Shown here in pieces: positions 8,310-19,857 of a DNA stretch of 64,000 nt (positions within the stretch are counted from its first letter, which is position 1; each line of letters starts with the position of its first letter). Location of the stretch: positions 32,001-96,000 of the forward strand of contig JAXHNB010000005.1 in assembly GCA_034520945.1 (NCBI GenBank), in the 5' to 3' direction. The notes under the pieces were generated by a model. The model did not search any database. It saw only the letters and a program-made list of their open reading frames with translations, and was not told the origin of the DNA. The translations under genes and the position numbers were made by a program. The DNA is from Trueperaceae bacterium. Lineage in GTDB: Bacteria; Deinococcota; Deinococci; Deinococcales; Trueperaceae.

Positions 8310-8930
8310 TCAACCCAGCGCGGCGGGATCGACGCCGGTCTCGGTGGGGGTGGCGCCGGCTTCGGCCGCCTCGCGCGATTCACGCGGGGCGGGTGCGGGG
8401 GCGGTGCCGTCGAACTGCGCCCACCAGGCGTCGCGCCAGATCTCCATCTGCACGTCGGTGCGGCCCTGCGGGCCTGGGACGCGACGCAACTCGCGGAAGC
8501 CGGACTTGCGGAAGGCGGCCTGCGCGCGCGGGTTGTCCTCGAAGGTGTTCAGGCGCACGCGGTCCAGGCCCAGTTCCCGGAAGGCGTAGCCCAGCAACGC
8601 GTGGATCGCTTCGGGGCCGTAGCCGCAGTTCCAGTGGCTGCGCTCGCCGATGATGATGCCGAGCGTCGCGGTGGTGCCCCGCAGGTCGTACAGCTCCGCC
8701 GTGCCGATGTAGGCGTCCGCCTCGTCGAAGATGCCGAACGTCGCCCGGTCGCGCCGCCGCGCCTCGGTCTTGAGCACGCGGCGCAACAACCACAGCGGCA
8801 GCCGGTTGGGGGGCGTGCCGTTCAGGTGCGCGATCTCCGGGTCACGGAAGTGCGTCTGGACGCGACGCCAATCGTCCCGTTCCAGACGCTCCAACGGCCG
8901 AAGTCGCACGCGCCCGTAGCTGGGCTCCAT
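8310..8930 (-). CDS. GNAT acetyltransferase (RimJ/RimL family)
   Basis: LGIIIGERSHWNCGYG..A and N.RA...FRK.GF motifs. Confidence 0.88.
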   Translation of the reverse strand: MEPSYGRVRLRPLERLERDDWRRVQTHFRDPEIAHLNGTPPNRLPLWLLRRVLKTEARRRDRATFGIFDEADAYIGTAELYDLRGTTATLGIIIGERSHWNCGYGPEAIHALLGYAFRELGLDRVRLNTFEDNPRAQAAFRKSGFRELRRVPGPQGRTDVQMEIWRDAWWAQFDGTAPAPAPRESREAAEAGATPTETGVDPAALG

Positions 8931-9001
8931 GCACCGATTCTAGCGTCCAGATGCGAGTATGCTCGTACGACGGACGCCCGACCCCGACCCTGGAGGATGC
9001 C

Positions 9002-9964
<963 letters not shown>

Positions 9965-9965
9965 C

Positions 9966-10859
9966 GTGCCGGTGCCCAGCCTCCCGCGCGGTCTGCTGGA
10001 CCGGTACGCGCTCCGCACCCGCGCGCGCGGCACGCGCGCCGGTGAGCGGCCGGCGCGCGAGGCGGGCCAGTCGGTGGAGTTCCTCGACTACCGGCCCTAT
10101 CAACCCGGCGACGAGCCCCGGGCGGTGGATTGGCGGGCGTACGCCCGCAGCGGCCGCCTGTACACGCGGCTGTACCGCGCCGACCGCGCCGCGGAGGTGC
10201 ACCTGGTGCTGGACACCAGTCCCAGCATGCGTCTGTACGGCAAGGGCCGCTTCGCCGAGGCCGCCGCGCGGCTGTTGACCCACCTGGCGCGCTACGAGGC
10301 ATCCGGGCGGGTGCACCTGCTGGGGGGCGACAGCAGCCGGCCGGCCCGCAGCGACGCCGAGATCCGCAGCCTGTGGGGGTTCCTCGAGCGGGCGCCCGCC
10401 ACCGCGCTGCCCGAGGGCGCCACGCTGGCGGGCGCGCTGGCCGAACTGATCGTGCGGCAGCCGACGCACCCCGGCGCCGCCGCGGCGGTGGTGCTGTCCG
10501 ACCTGCTGGATCCGGCGCCGCTGCGGCCCGCCCTGACCGCGCTACGGGCGCGGCGGGTCGACGCCGTGTTCGTGCAGGTGCTGGCGCATCAGGAGCTCGA
10601 CCCCGACCCGGAGGCGGCGGAACTGGCCGACGTCGAGGACGGCGCCACGTTGGAGGTCGGCCCCGAGCAGGCGCGCGCCTACCGCGAGGCGGTGCGGACG
10701 TTCATCGCCCACGTGCGGAGCGAGATCGCCGACGCCGGCCAACGCCACGTCCTGATCGAGGTGCCGGCCGAGGTGGCGGCCCCCGGCACGCCCGAGCGCG
10801 AGGTGGAACGTCAGGCGTTCCAGGCGCTGCTGCGGCGCGGCGTGATCGCACGGCGGTGA
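9966..10859 (+). CDS. DUF58 domain protein (MoxR partner)
   Basis: EFLDYRPYQPGDE.R.VDWRAYAR and LDTSPSM. Confidence 0.9.
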   Translation: MPVPSLPRGLLDRYALRTRARGTRAGERPAREAGQSVEFLDYRPYQPGDEPRAVDWRAYARSGRLYTRLYRADRAAEVHLVLDTSPSMRLYGKGRFAEAAARLLTHLARYEASGRVHLLGGDSSRPARSDAEIRSLWGFLERAPATALPEGATLAGALAELIVRQPTHPGAAAAVVLSDLLDPAPLRPALTALRARRVDAVFVQVLAHQELDPDPEAAELADVEDGATLEVGPEQARAYREAVRTFIAHVRSEIADAGQRHVLIEVPAEVAAPGTPEREVERQAFQALLRRGVIARR

Positions 10860-10890
10860 GACCGCCCGCGCGGGATACGCTGCCTGCGAC

Positions 10891-11673
10891 GTGAACCTGA
10901 TCGGGGCACGCTTCGGCGAGGGGTACCAGGTCCTCCGCGAGATTGCGCGGGGGGCGGTCGCACGCGTGTACCTCGCCAGCGACGGGGCGCACGTCAAGGT
11001 CGTCAAGGTGTTCCCCCCCGAGCACGCGGCCCGCGCCGACCGCGAGTACGACATCGGGCACGGCCTCCGGCACGACAACCTGAACCCCGTGCTGGGCACG
11101 GTCCGCTTGGAGGGGCATCGCGGCGTGGTGATGCCCCTGGTGCCCGGCAAACGCTTCGGTACCTGGTTGCCCCCCGCGCCGCGACGCGAGCGGATCAGGG
11201 CGCTCGACGGCCTGCTGGCGGGCCTGGGGTGGTTGCACCAGCGGGGCGTGGTGCACCGCGACGTGAAGCCCGAGAACGTGCTGGTCACGCGCGAGGCCCG
11301 AGCCGTGCTGATCGACTACGACCTGGCGGTGTCCATCGACGACGCGGCCGCGCGCAAGACCACCGCCGGCACCGCGCTGTACCTCAGTCCAGAACAGGCC
11401 CGCGGCCAAGCGGCGGAGCCGGCCAGCGACCTGTACGCCGCCGGCGTGATGTTGTACCGCGCGCTGACGGGCGCGCTGCCGTTCGAAGGCACGCTACGCG
11501 AGGTGATGGACGGGCACCGCGACGACCAGGTGCGTCCCCCCTCCACCTTCGATCCTGCGCTCGCCCCGTTCGACGCGCCGGTGATGCGCCTGTTGGCCAA
11601 GGACCCGGCGGAGCGCTATCAGGGGGCCGAGGCCGCGCGCCGCGACCTGCGCGACGCGTCCGATGCGCAGTGA
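10891..11673 (+). CDS. Hanks-type Ser/Thr protein kinase (catalytic domain only)
   Basis: Motifs ARGAVARVY, VVKV, HRDVKPEN, DYDLA, YLSPE and SDLYAAG. Confidence 0.9.
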   Translation: MNLIGARFGEGYQVLREIARGAVARVYLASDGAHVKVVKVFPPEHAARADREYDIGHGLRHDNLNPVLGTVRLEGHRGVVMPLVPGKRFGTWLPPAPRRERIRALDGLLAGLGWLHQRGVVHRDVKPENVLVTREARAVLIDYDLAVSIDDAAARKTTAGTALYLSPEQARGQAAEPASDLYAAGVMLYRALTGALPFEGTLREVMDGHRDDQVRPPSTFDPALAPFDAPVMRLLAKDPAERYQGAEAARRDLRDASDAQ

Positions 11674-11901
11674 ACGTGCGGACCCCACGACGTTCTGCCA
11701 TTTGGCCGTGACGAACCGACACGGTCGGCGGCTCCGTTCGCATCGGCGTACGAAGCCTTCCTCGCACCCTCGGAGATTCATGCAAGCTATGCACCAGGTG
11801 TGATCGTCAGCGTCGTCCGTCGCGATCTCGGTCGTCCACCTTTCTGTCCCGAGCCTGCCTTGCGTGATGCCTTCTGCTATGTTCGAACACAGGAGGAGCC
11901 C

Positions 11902-14900
11902 ATGAATCGTCTCGCGCATGTACTCGCATCTTGTTTCACTTGCCTGCTAGCCCTGTCCGCGTGCAGTCCCGCCGGCAGTGAACAGGAGAACCGGCCGCCG
12001 ACCGCGAACGCCGGCGAAAACCGATTGGCGCTTCCGGGATCGTCCGTGACGCTCGATGGCAGCGAATCCACGGACCCCGACGCAGACGCGCTCACGTTTT
12101 CCTGGGCCCTGATCGAGCATCCCGACCAGAGCGACGCCACGCTGACGCAATCGACCACGGCGAATCCGACCCTCGTCGTGGATGTCGGCGGTGTATATGT
12201 CACCGAGTTGACCGTGTCGGACGGCCTTCTCGAGGCTACCGACCGGGTGCGCGTCTCGGTGACGCCGGAGGAGCTGGCGCCTCCTTCGTTCGGCGTCGAT
12301 GCGACCCTGGAACCCGCGGTCGAGGAACTGCCGGGATTCGAGGACGGCGTTCCCCGGCCGGTCGCGACGATCGAAGACGACACCGGGAGCCAAGCCGACT
12401 TCGTGGAGAACGAGCTTTGGTTGGTGACGGACGACGGTCGCGTCCTCGACGACTTCCTGGCGCGCTGGCAGGGCGAGGTGATCGCGACCTTCGACCCCTC
12501 GGACTTCGAGTTGACGAACGTCCGTCCCCAGTACCTCGTGCGGGTCGATGTGTCGGGCGCCGCGCCGGATCGCCTGCCCGAGGACGTGAGGTTGGCCGAT
12601 CCCGGCAGTCGCGGCGATCATCGCGTGTCGTCGGAGCGGGGCTTGAAGCTCATCGCCGCCAGCATGCGCGAACAGGCTGCCGGCGTGATGGTCGGCATCA
12701 ACTGGATCGGCCGCGGTGCGGAATTCCGCGAGCGCATCTCCACCGAGGCGCCGGCCGGCGACACCATCGGCGGCACCACCTACGCCACGAACGTCTTCGG
12801 TTGGCCGTCCCACGACAGCGGCAGCGCGCAAGACATCGGCGTCGCCGAAGCCTGGTGGGCGCTGGAGGCTACGGGACGGCTCGGCAACCGCGTCGACATC
12901 GCCGTGTTGGACATGGGTTTCGCGCCCGACGCCGATGTTCCCAGCGGGCTCGTCGCCCGGTCCAACGTGCCGTTGGTGTCCGCGCTCGGAACCCAGAACC
13001 TCATCGGGTGCGGTTCGGGGAACCCCTGCCTCTTCCACGGCACCAACGTCGTGAGCGCGGCCATGGCGCTTCCGGACAACGACTTCGGGGCCGCGGGCCC
13101 AGCGGGCCCGATCGCCGAACCCATCGTGGTGTTCACGCTCTACGACTACTTCACCTCGGCCACAGCCCTCGGGCTCGCCAAGTTGGCCGGCGCCAAGATC
13201 GCCAACATGAGCTATGGCGCGCCGGTGCCCGCCAGTCTGAGCGGCACGGTCGCGCCGTTCGAGACCGCGACCCTGGCGTTCCGGGCGTCTGGCTTGCTGA
13301 TGTTCGCCTCGGCAGGGAACGATGGCACCAACGTCGACGCCGAGGACTGCTTCATCTTCTGCTGGGAAGAGACGCTCCATACCCCCTGCGAAAACCTCGG
13401 CATGATCTGCGTCGGCGGCCTCGCTTGGAATGCGACGACCCGCGCGAACAACTCGAACTTCGGACGTGAGCAGGTCGAGATCTACGCGCCGTACACCTTG
13501 TGGGTGGGACCCGACCCGGGCAACCCCCAAAACCGCGCGAATCGGATCGACGGCACCAGCTTTTCGTCGCCGTTCACCGCCGGCGTCGCCGCGCTCATCT
13601 GGGCGGCCGATCCGAGCCTGAGCGCCGACCGGGTCGAGCGGATCCTGATGCAGACCGCGCACGTGAACCCCTCGTTCCCCGCGTCGCCGGTCCCGCGTTG
13701 GGTCGACGCGTACGCCGCCGTGGCGCGTGCGCTGGGCACGGACATTCCCCCGTACGTCAAGGTCGCCGAGCCCAGCCAGGGCACGTCCTTCAGGGGCGGC
13801 GAGGGGATCGACTTCATCGCCGAGGTGGACGACCTCGATACCGATCCGAGCAGCTACACGGTCGAATGGACGGCGACCGATGCGGCCGGCGGCGTGCAGG
13901 ACCTCGGCACCAGCGCCAGCGGAGCCACACTGACCGCGAGCCTGCCCGATCCGCTGTGCGCCTTCGAGTCCACCGTGACGGCAACGGTGGTCGCGAACGG
14001 CACCCCCTACCAGGACGCCGTCTCGCTCAGGCAAGCCAGGCAGACCGTGCCGCTGACCACGGACGTCATCGGCCCGAGAATTCGCGACGTGAAGGTCGAA
14101 CGAGACAGCGGCGGCGATCCCTTCATCCCGGACGTGACCCTGTTCGCGAACGCCGACAAGCCGCTGTGTGACGATCCCTCCAGTTCCCGGCTGGATCAGG
14201 ACCGCCACCGCTGGTTCGACGAGTCCAGTGCGCTGATCGCTCAGGCCCAGTCGATCACGCTGCGCAGCACCGATTTCGAATCGTCCGTTGGCTCGAGCTT
14301 TCGAACGCGCGACATCGAAGTCACCTACGACCTCGGACTCGAGACGGCCGCCAGCCAGGTGACGATCAAGCCGTGCTCGTCGACCGTCGGGAGCGACCCT
14401 GGAAGCAGCGTGTCCGGCTACCCCGAGTGCTCGCTCGCCGCCGTGATCAATGACGTGATCGCGACGATGCGTGAAGCGTTCGGCACGATCTCGGTCGCGG
14501 GGGCCAAGGCGCAGGCCGACCGCATCGTCGGTGGGTTCTATTCACGAGATCTGATCGACCTCGAGTACTGCGATCCCACCCACTGCGATCCGCCCTTCCC
14601 GGATCTTCGCGCGGAGGTGATCTCGGACCTCTACGGCGTCCACGGCGAACTGGCGGTGGTGGCCCTCGACGATCTGTTCGGCGCGCTCGAATCGGAGAGC
14701 CTGGCTGCGTTCGACGAGTCCCTGACGAGCATCCAGCGCAAGATCGCGCAGGACTACGAGAACGGCTTCGTCGACGAGGACGACATGCGGCTGTTCGCCA
14801 ACGCCGCGAGCCTCACGCAGGCGCTCGTCGAGTTCTTCGTTCCGGAGTCGCAGGGTGGCCAAAACGGTTGGCGGTCGCTGAACTTCGCGAGCGATCCAGA

Positions 14901-15069
14901 CACATTGGCCGGCCGGGTCGAGGTTTTGCGCCCTGCCTATGATGGGCTCGCCGGGTACCTCACCGGGTATCTCCACGACCGACAGCTCGAAAGCGACATC
15001 CACCTGCGTGCGGCACAGTATGCCGCCTCGCGCACCGCCATCGAAGAGGCAGCCCGGGTGAGCGACTGA
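11902..15069 (+). CDS. Secreted lipoprotein with PKD/Ig-like domain and S8 (subtilisin-like) peptidase
   Basis: AGGAGG RBS, lipobox LSAC, NRPPTANAG..LDGS.S.DPD (PKD-like), triad motifs IAVLDMG, HGTNV, GTSFSSP, and oxyanion SAGND. Confidence 0.88.
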   Translation: MNRLAHVLASCFTCLLALSACSPAGSEQENRPPTANAGENRLALPGSSVTLDGSESTDPDADALTFSWALIEHPDQSDATLTQSTTANPTLVVDVGGVYVTELTVSDGLLEATDRVRVSVTPEELAPPSFGVDATLEPAVEELPGFEDGVPRPVATIEDDTGSQADFVENELWLVTDDGRVLDDFLARWQGEVIATFDPSDFELTNVRPQYLVRVDVSGAAPDRLPEDVRLADPGSRGDHRVSSERGLKLIAASMREQAAGVMVGINWIGRGAEFRERISTEAPAGDTIGGTTYATNVFGWPSHDSGSAQDIGVAEAWWALEATGRLGNRVDIAVLDMGFAPDADVPSGLVARSNVPLVSALGTQNLIGCGSGNPCLFHGTNVVSAAMALPDNDFGAAGPAGPIAEPIVVFTLYDYFTSATALGLAKLAGAKIANMSYGAPVPASLSGTVAPFETATLAFRASGLLMFASAGNDGTNVDAEDCFIFCWEETLHTPCENLGMICVGGLAWNATTRANNSNFGREQVEIYAPYTLWVGPDPGNPQNRANRIDGTSFSSPFTAGVAALIWAADPSLSADRVERILMQTAHVNPSFPASPVPRWVDAYAAVARALGTDIPPYVKVAEPSQGTSFRGGEGIDFIAEVDDLDTDPSSYTVEWTATDAAGGVQDLGTSASGATLTASLPDPLCAFESTVTATVVANGTPYQDAVSLRQARQTVPLTTDVIGPRIRDVKVERDSGGDPFIPDVTLFANADKPLCDDPSSSRLDQDRHRWFDESSALIAQAQSITLRSTDFESSVGSSFRTRDIEVTYDLGLETAASQVTIKPCSSTVGSDPGSSVSGYPECSLAAVINDVIATMREAFGTISVAGAKAQADRIVGGFYSRDLIDLEYCDPTHCDPPFPDLRAEVISDLYGVHGELAVVALDDLFGALESESLAAFDESLTSIQRKIAQDYENGFVDEDDMRLFANAASLTQALVEFFVPESQGGQNGWRSLNFASDPDTLAGRVEVLRPAYDGLAGYLTGYLHDRQLESDIHLRAAQYAASRTAIEEAARVSD

Positions 15070-15107
15070 CGACCGGCGTGGGGGGGCAGGGGCACGCGTC
15101 CGGTATC

Positions 15108-17330
15108 ATGGCCGCCGTGAGCGGACGAGTGGCTGCGACGGCGCTGGCGGTGGTGACGCTGCTCAGCCTCTGGTTGGCGCCGTGGGCCGTGTTCAACCGA
15201 GAATCCGGTGCGCGCGGCGCGGTCACGCTGCTGCCCGACCGGGTCATTGACTTCACGGGGCGTGCGGCGCCGCTGGAGGTGCCGGGCCTCGGCGCGGTGC
15301 TGATCCTGTCCATCGCTGGCCTGCTGGCGATGGCGGGCGCCGCGGCCCTGCGGCCGGGCGCCCGCCGCACCGTCTGGTTGGTCGCGGGGACCGTGCTGAC
15401 CCTGACCACGGCCGTGGGCCTGCGAACGTACGTCAACACGCACGTCGACGCGCGGGCCGCGGAGGTTCGGAGCACGCTCGAGGCGGAGCTGGCCGACCCG
15501 GGCGGACGCACCGACGTGGAGGGGCTCGAGGTGCTCCTCGACCGCTTCGAAGAACAGTCGGTGGAGGAGACGCGGCAGGACGCGCTTCGGGTGGGGGTGC
15601 GGATCCGGCGGCTGCCCTATACCGGCCTGGCGCCGGGCCTGGCGGCGTTCCTGGTGCTGGTGAGCGGGGGGATGGCGCTGGCGTTGGGCGCCCGGCGGTT
15701 CCCGGCCGCCGAGCGGGCGCTGCAGCGCGTCTCCGACGTGGGGGCGATCCCGGCCATCGCGATCCTGTTGGCGTTGGCCGCCGCGGGCGTGGTGATCCTG
15801 ATGCTTCAGCCCACGCCCTTGGGCAGCGACGTGGTGCTCCAAGGGTGGCGCGAGGTGCTGGCGGGGCGGCTGGACACGTTGTTCTTCGCGTATTGGACGT
15901 TGTTCGCGGGCCCGCTCGGCACGTTCGAGGGGTTCACCGAGGCGCTCAAGTTCGCCACCCCGCTCATGTTCACGGGGTTGGGGGTCGCGTTCGGGTTCAA
16001 GGCCGGCCTGTTCAACATCGGGGCGCCCGGACAGATGGTGATGGGGGCGTTGTTCGCCATGTTCGCCGGGATCTACCTGCCCGGCCCCGCCCTGTTCGTG
16101 ATGCCCGCCGCCGTCCTGGCGGCGGCCCTCGGCGGCGCGGCGTGGGGGGCGATCCCCGGCTTCCTCAAGGCCCGCTTCGGGGCGCACGAGGTGATCAACA
16201 CCATCCTGTTGAACTTCATCGCCTCGTCGTTGCTGTTGTTCGTGCTGTCCTCCAGTCCGGTGTTCGCCGCGTCGGCGCTGCGGGTGCTGGCGGGGTTGGG
16301 CATCGCGCTGGCCGTGGTGATCCTGGCGGCCCTGGTGGGGCCGATCCGGCGGCGCGCGGGACGTGCGCCGCGCCTGACGTTCGCGTTGGTCGGTGTCGCC
16401 TTGGTGGTCGTGATGGCGTTCGCCGGTTGGCCGCGCCCAGGCGACGGGCCGGTCACACTGAGCCTGCCGTTCAAGGAGCCCGGCTCCGAACCGAAGTCGG
16501 TGCCGCTGCAGGAGGGGGCGCGCCTGCCGCAATTGCCGGCGCTGTTCGGGGTGGACGCCGAGACGATGGTCGGCTCGGCCGAGGTGAACGTGAACGCGGC
16601 GGCCGGCCTGGCCGCCGGCCTGGCGGGGGTGGTGCTGGTGTTCGGCGGGCGCTTCGGGGCACGGACGTGGCGCCGGAGAGCGATCGCCGCGGTGCTGGTC
16701 GCCGCGGCCGCCTATGGGATCGGTGCGCTGCTGGGCTGGACGCGCCTGCCGTTCACGGTGCCCCCCTCGAAGCTGAACTTCGGCTTCGTGATCGCGCTGG
16801 CGACGGCCGTGTTCATGCAGATCTTCCTGTGGCGCACCAAGTGGGGCTACGAGCTGCGTGCCGTCGGCGTGGCACCGAAGGCGGCCGAGTACGGCGGCGC
16901 CAGCATCTTCCGCAACACCGTGATGGCCATGGCGATCAGCGGCGCCTTCGCGGGCCTGAGCGCCACGCACTACGTGCTCGGCGGTGCGCTGGAAGGGTAC
17001 ACGCTGCGGCAGTCGTTGCCCACCAACGACGGCTTCGACGGCATCGCCGTGGCCCTGCTGGGGGCCAACAACCCCGTCGGGGTGGTGCTGTCCGCCTTCC
17101 TGTTCGGGGTGCTGAAGCACGGCGGGTCGATCATGAACATCACCTTCAGCGACCTGACGCGGGACGTGGTGAGCATGGTCCTGGCCCTGGTGGTGCTGTT
17201 CATCGCCGCCAAGGGCTTCCTGCCGGACCAGTTCACGGACCCGATCAAACGCGCCGCCGCCCGGCGCCGCAAGCGCCAGGAGCAGGAGGACGACGTGCCG
17301 GTCGACGACCTGGAAGGGGAGGGGGCCTGA
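15108..17330 (+). CDS. ABC transporter permease (nucleoside/sugar type, BPD_transp_2) with long extra segments
   Basis: Motifs GLFNIGAPGQ, GAHEVI.TILLN, TKWGYELRAVG and GFDGIAVALLG. Start may be GTG 15117. Confidence 0.88.
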   Translation: MAAVSGRVAATALAVVTLLSLWLAPWAVFNRESGARGAVTLLPDRVIDFTGRAAPLEVPGLGAVLILSIAGLLAMAGAAALRPGARRTVWLVAGTVLTLTTAVGLRTYVNTHVDARAAEVRSTLEAELADPGGRTDVEGLEVLLDRFEEQSVEETRQDALRVGVRIRRLPYTGLAPGLAAFLVLVSGGMALALGARRFPAAERALQRVSDVGAIPAIAILLALAAAGVVILMLQPTPLGSDVVLQGWREVLAGRLDTLFFAYWTLFAGPLGTFEGFTEALKFATPLMFTGLGVAFGFKAGLFNIGAPGQMVMGALFAMFAGIYLPGPALFVMPAAVLAAALGGAAWGAIPGFLKARFGAHEVINTILLNFIASSLLLFVLSSSPVFAASALRVLAGLGIALAVVILAALVGPIRRRAGRAPRLTFALVGVALVVVMAFAGWPRPGDGPVTLSLPFKEPGSEPKSVPLQEGARLPQLPALFGVDAETMVGSAEVNVNAAAGLAAGLAGVVLVFGGRFGARTWRRRAIAAVLVAAAAYGIGALLGWTRLPFTVPPSKLNFGFVIALATAVFMQIFLWRTKWGYELRAVGVAPKAAEYGGASIFRNTVMAMAISGAFAGLSATHYVLGGALEGYTLRQSLPTNDGFDGIAVALLGANNPVGVVLSAFLFGVLKHGGSIMNITFSDLTRDVVSMVLALVVLFIAAKGFLPDQFTDPIKRAAARRRKRQEQEDDVPVDDLEGEGA

Positions 17331-17331
17331 G

Positions 17332-18261
17332 GTGGACTGGGTCGTGCTGTTGGCCCTGATCGCGTCCGCCCTGCGGGCGACGGCGCCGTTGCTGCTGGCC
17401 GCGCTGGGCGGCATGTTCAGCGAGCGCGGCGGCGTCACCAACATCGCCTTGGAAGGGATCATCCTCTTCGGCGCGCTGGGGGCGGCCGTCACCACGCAGT
17501 TGGTCGAGCGCCCCTACCTGGCGCAGGACTCCAACGCCGTGGTGTGGTTCGCCCCCTGGCTGGGCGTGATCGCCTCGATGGTGCTCGGCGCCATGGTCGG
17601 CTGGGTGCACGCCGTGGTGTCGATCCGCTACAAGGCGGATCAGATCATCTCGGCCACCGCCATCAACCTGATGGCGATCGGCATTCCCGCCGTGGTGCTG
17701 ATGGCCTTGTACGACAACACCACCGCCAGCGACCGGGTCCAAAACCGCCTGCCGGAGTGGCAACTGGGACCGTTCGAGTTCAGCCCGCTGGTGTACCTGG
17801 CCTTCATCCTGGTGCCCGTCGCCTGGTACGTGCTGCGGCGCACCCCCTTCGGGCTGCGCCTCCGCGCCGTCGGCGAGCATCCCGAAGCGGCCGACTCGGT
17901 GGGGATCGACGTGCGGCGCATGCGCTACTACGGCGTGATCCTCTCCGGCGTGCTGGCCGGCCTGGCCGGGGCGTACCTGTCGATCGGCAACCTGAACCAG
18001 TTCATCTCGGAGATGTCGGGCGGCCGCGGCTTCATCGCGCTGGCCGCCGTGATCTTCGGCAAGTGGACGCCGTTCGGGACGCTGGGCGCCACGCTGCTGT
18101 TCGGCACCTTCGAAGCGATCGGCACCCTGCTGGGCGGCGGCGAGCTGCTGCCGCCGTCGCTGGTGCAGGCGGTGCCGTTCATCCTGACCATGTTGGCGTT
18201 GGCCGGCTTCGTCGGCCGCTCCGTCCCGCCACGCGCCATCGGCAAACCGTTCGAGAAGTAG
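17332..18261 (+). CDS. ABC transporter permease (nucleoside type)
   Basis: Motifs SERGGVTNIALEG, GLRLRAVGEHP.AAD..GI and GRGFIALAA.IFG.W. Confidence 0.92.
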   Translation: MDWVVLLALIASALRATAPLLLAALGGMFSERGGVTNIALEGIILFGALGAAVTTQLVERPYLAQDSNAVVWFAPWLGVIASMVLGAMVGWVHAVVSIRYKADQIISATAINLMAIGIPAVVLMALYDNTTASDRVQNRLPEWQLGPFEFSPLVYLAFILVPVAWYVLRRTPFGLRLRAVGEHPEAADSVGIDVRRMRYYGVILSGVLAGLAGAYLSIGNLNQFISEMSGGRGFIALAAVIFGKWTPFGTLGATLLFGTFEAIGTLLGGGELLPPSLVQAVPFILTMLALAGFVGRSVPPRAIGKPFEK

Positions 18262-18294
18262 GCGCCCGCGTGCGTCCGCTTCGGGGAGGCTTCC

Positions 18295-19857
18295 ATGCTC
18301 ACGCGCCGTAGCGGCATCCTGCTCCACCCCACCTCGCTCCCGGGCCCCTTCGGGATCGGCGAGCTGGGCCGCCACGCCCACGCCTGGGTCGACACCCTGG
18401 CCGACGCGGGCCAACGCGCCTGGCAGGTGATGCCGCTGGGCCCGACCGGCTTTGGGGACAGCCCGTACCAGTGCTTCAGCGCCTTCGCCGGCAACCCCTA
18501 CCTGATCAGCCTGGAGCGCCTGCAGGGGGAGGGCCTGCTCAGCGACGACGACCTGGCCGAAGGTCACGACCTGCCCGGCGACCGGGTGGACTACGGGCGG
18601 GTGATCGCGTTCAAGCTCGACATGCTGCGCCGCGCCGAGGCCCGCTTCGAGGCGGGCGCGCCCCCGGCGGAGCGGGCCGCGCGGGACGCCTTCACGCGGG
18701 AACAGGCCGACTGGCTGGATGACTACGCGGCGTTCATGGCGCTCAAGCAGGCGCACGACGGCCAGCCGTGGAACGCCTGGGATCCGGCCCTGCGGGACCG
18801 CGAGCCGGGCGCGCTGGCCGACGCGCTGGCGCAACACGCGGACGAGATCCGGCGGCAATCCACCTGGCAGTACTGGGTGCGGCGCGACTGGATGGCGGTG
18901 CGCCGCCACGCAGGCGAGCGCGGCATCGCGGTGATCGGCGACATCCCCATCTTCGTCGCCTACGACTCCGCCGACACCTGGGCCCAACGCGACGCGTTCT
19001 TCCTGGACGAGCAAGGAGCACCCACCGTGGTGGCGGGCGTGCCACCGGACTACTTCAGCGACACCGGGCAGCGCTGGGGCAACCCGCTCTACCGGTGGGA
19101 GGCGATGGCCGACGCGGGGTTCCCCTGGTGGATCCGCCGCTTCCGGGCCACGCTCGACTACTTCGACCTGATCCGTGTCGATCACTTCCGCGGCTTCGAA
19201 GCCTACTGGGAGATCCCCGCCCGTGAACCGACGGCGGTGAACGGGCGTTGGGTGCAAGGGCCCGGCCAACCGCTGTTCGACGCCCTGCGCGACGCGTTGG
19301 GCGAACTCCCGATCCTGGCGGAGGACCTCGGCGTGATCACCCCCGGCGTCGAGGAGCTGCGCGACGCCAACGGGTTTCCCGGCATGAAGGTGCTGCAGTT
19401 CGCCTTCGCCGCAGGCGCCAGCGACCCCTACCTGCCGCACAACTACCCCCGCAACTGCCTGGTGTACACCGGCACGCACGACAACGACACCACCCGCGGC
19501 TGGTACGCCGCGGCGCCGGAGGCGGAACGCGACCACGTGCGCCGCTACCTGGGCCGCGCAGACCACGAGGCGCCGTTCGAGTTGATCCGCGCCGCCCAGG
19601 CCAGCGTGGCCGACCTGGCCGTGTTCCCGCTGCAGGACGCCCTGGGCCTGGGCAGCGAAGCCCGCATGAACACCCCCGGGCGCGCCGAGGGCAACTGGAG
19701 TTGGCGCTTCGCCTGGGAGCAGCTGCCCGCCGAGCTGGTGGCGCGCCTGCGCGACATGGCGACGCTGTACGGGCGCACCGAGACCGGCGCGCCACGCGAC
19801 ACCCCCTACCGCCAGACGACCACGGGCGGTGGCACGGACGAGGAGGCGAAGAGATGA
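18295..19857 (+). CDS. malQ: 4-alpha-glucanotransferase (amylomaltase, GH77)
   Basis: Motifs GILLHPTSLP, GVPPDYFS.TGQRWGNP, RVDHFRGF, AEDLG and YTGTHDNDT. Confidence 0.97.
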   Translation: MLTRRSGILLHPTSLPGPFGIGELGRHAHAWVDTLADAGQRAWQVMPLGPTGFGDSPYQCFSAFAGNPYLISLERLQGEGLLSDDDLAEGHDLPGDRVDYGRVIAFKLDMLRRAEARFEAGAPPAERAARDAFTREQADWLDDYAAFMALKQAHDGQPWNAWDPALRDREPGALADALAQHADEIRRQSTWQYWVRRDWMAVRRHAGERGIAVIGDIPIFVAYDSADTWAQRDAFFLDEQGAPTVVAGVPPDYFSDTGQRWGNPLYRWEAMADAGFPWWIRRFRATLDYFDLIRVDHFRGFEAYWEIPAREPTAVNGRWVQGPGQPLFDALRDALGELPILAEDLGVITPGVEELRDANGFPGMKVLQFAFAAGASDPYLPHNYPRNCLVYTGTHDNDTTRGWYAAAPEAERDHVRRYLGRADHEAPFELIRAAQASVADLAVFPLQDALGLGSEARMNTPGRAEGNWSWRFAWEQLPAELVARLRDMATLYGRTETGAPRDTPYRQTTTGGGTDEEAKR

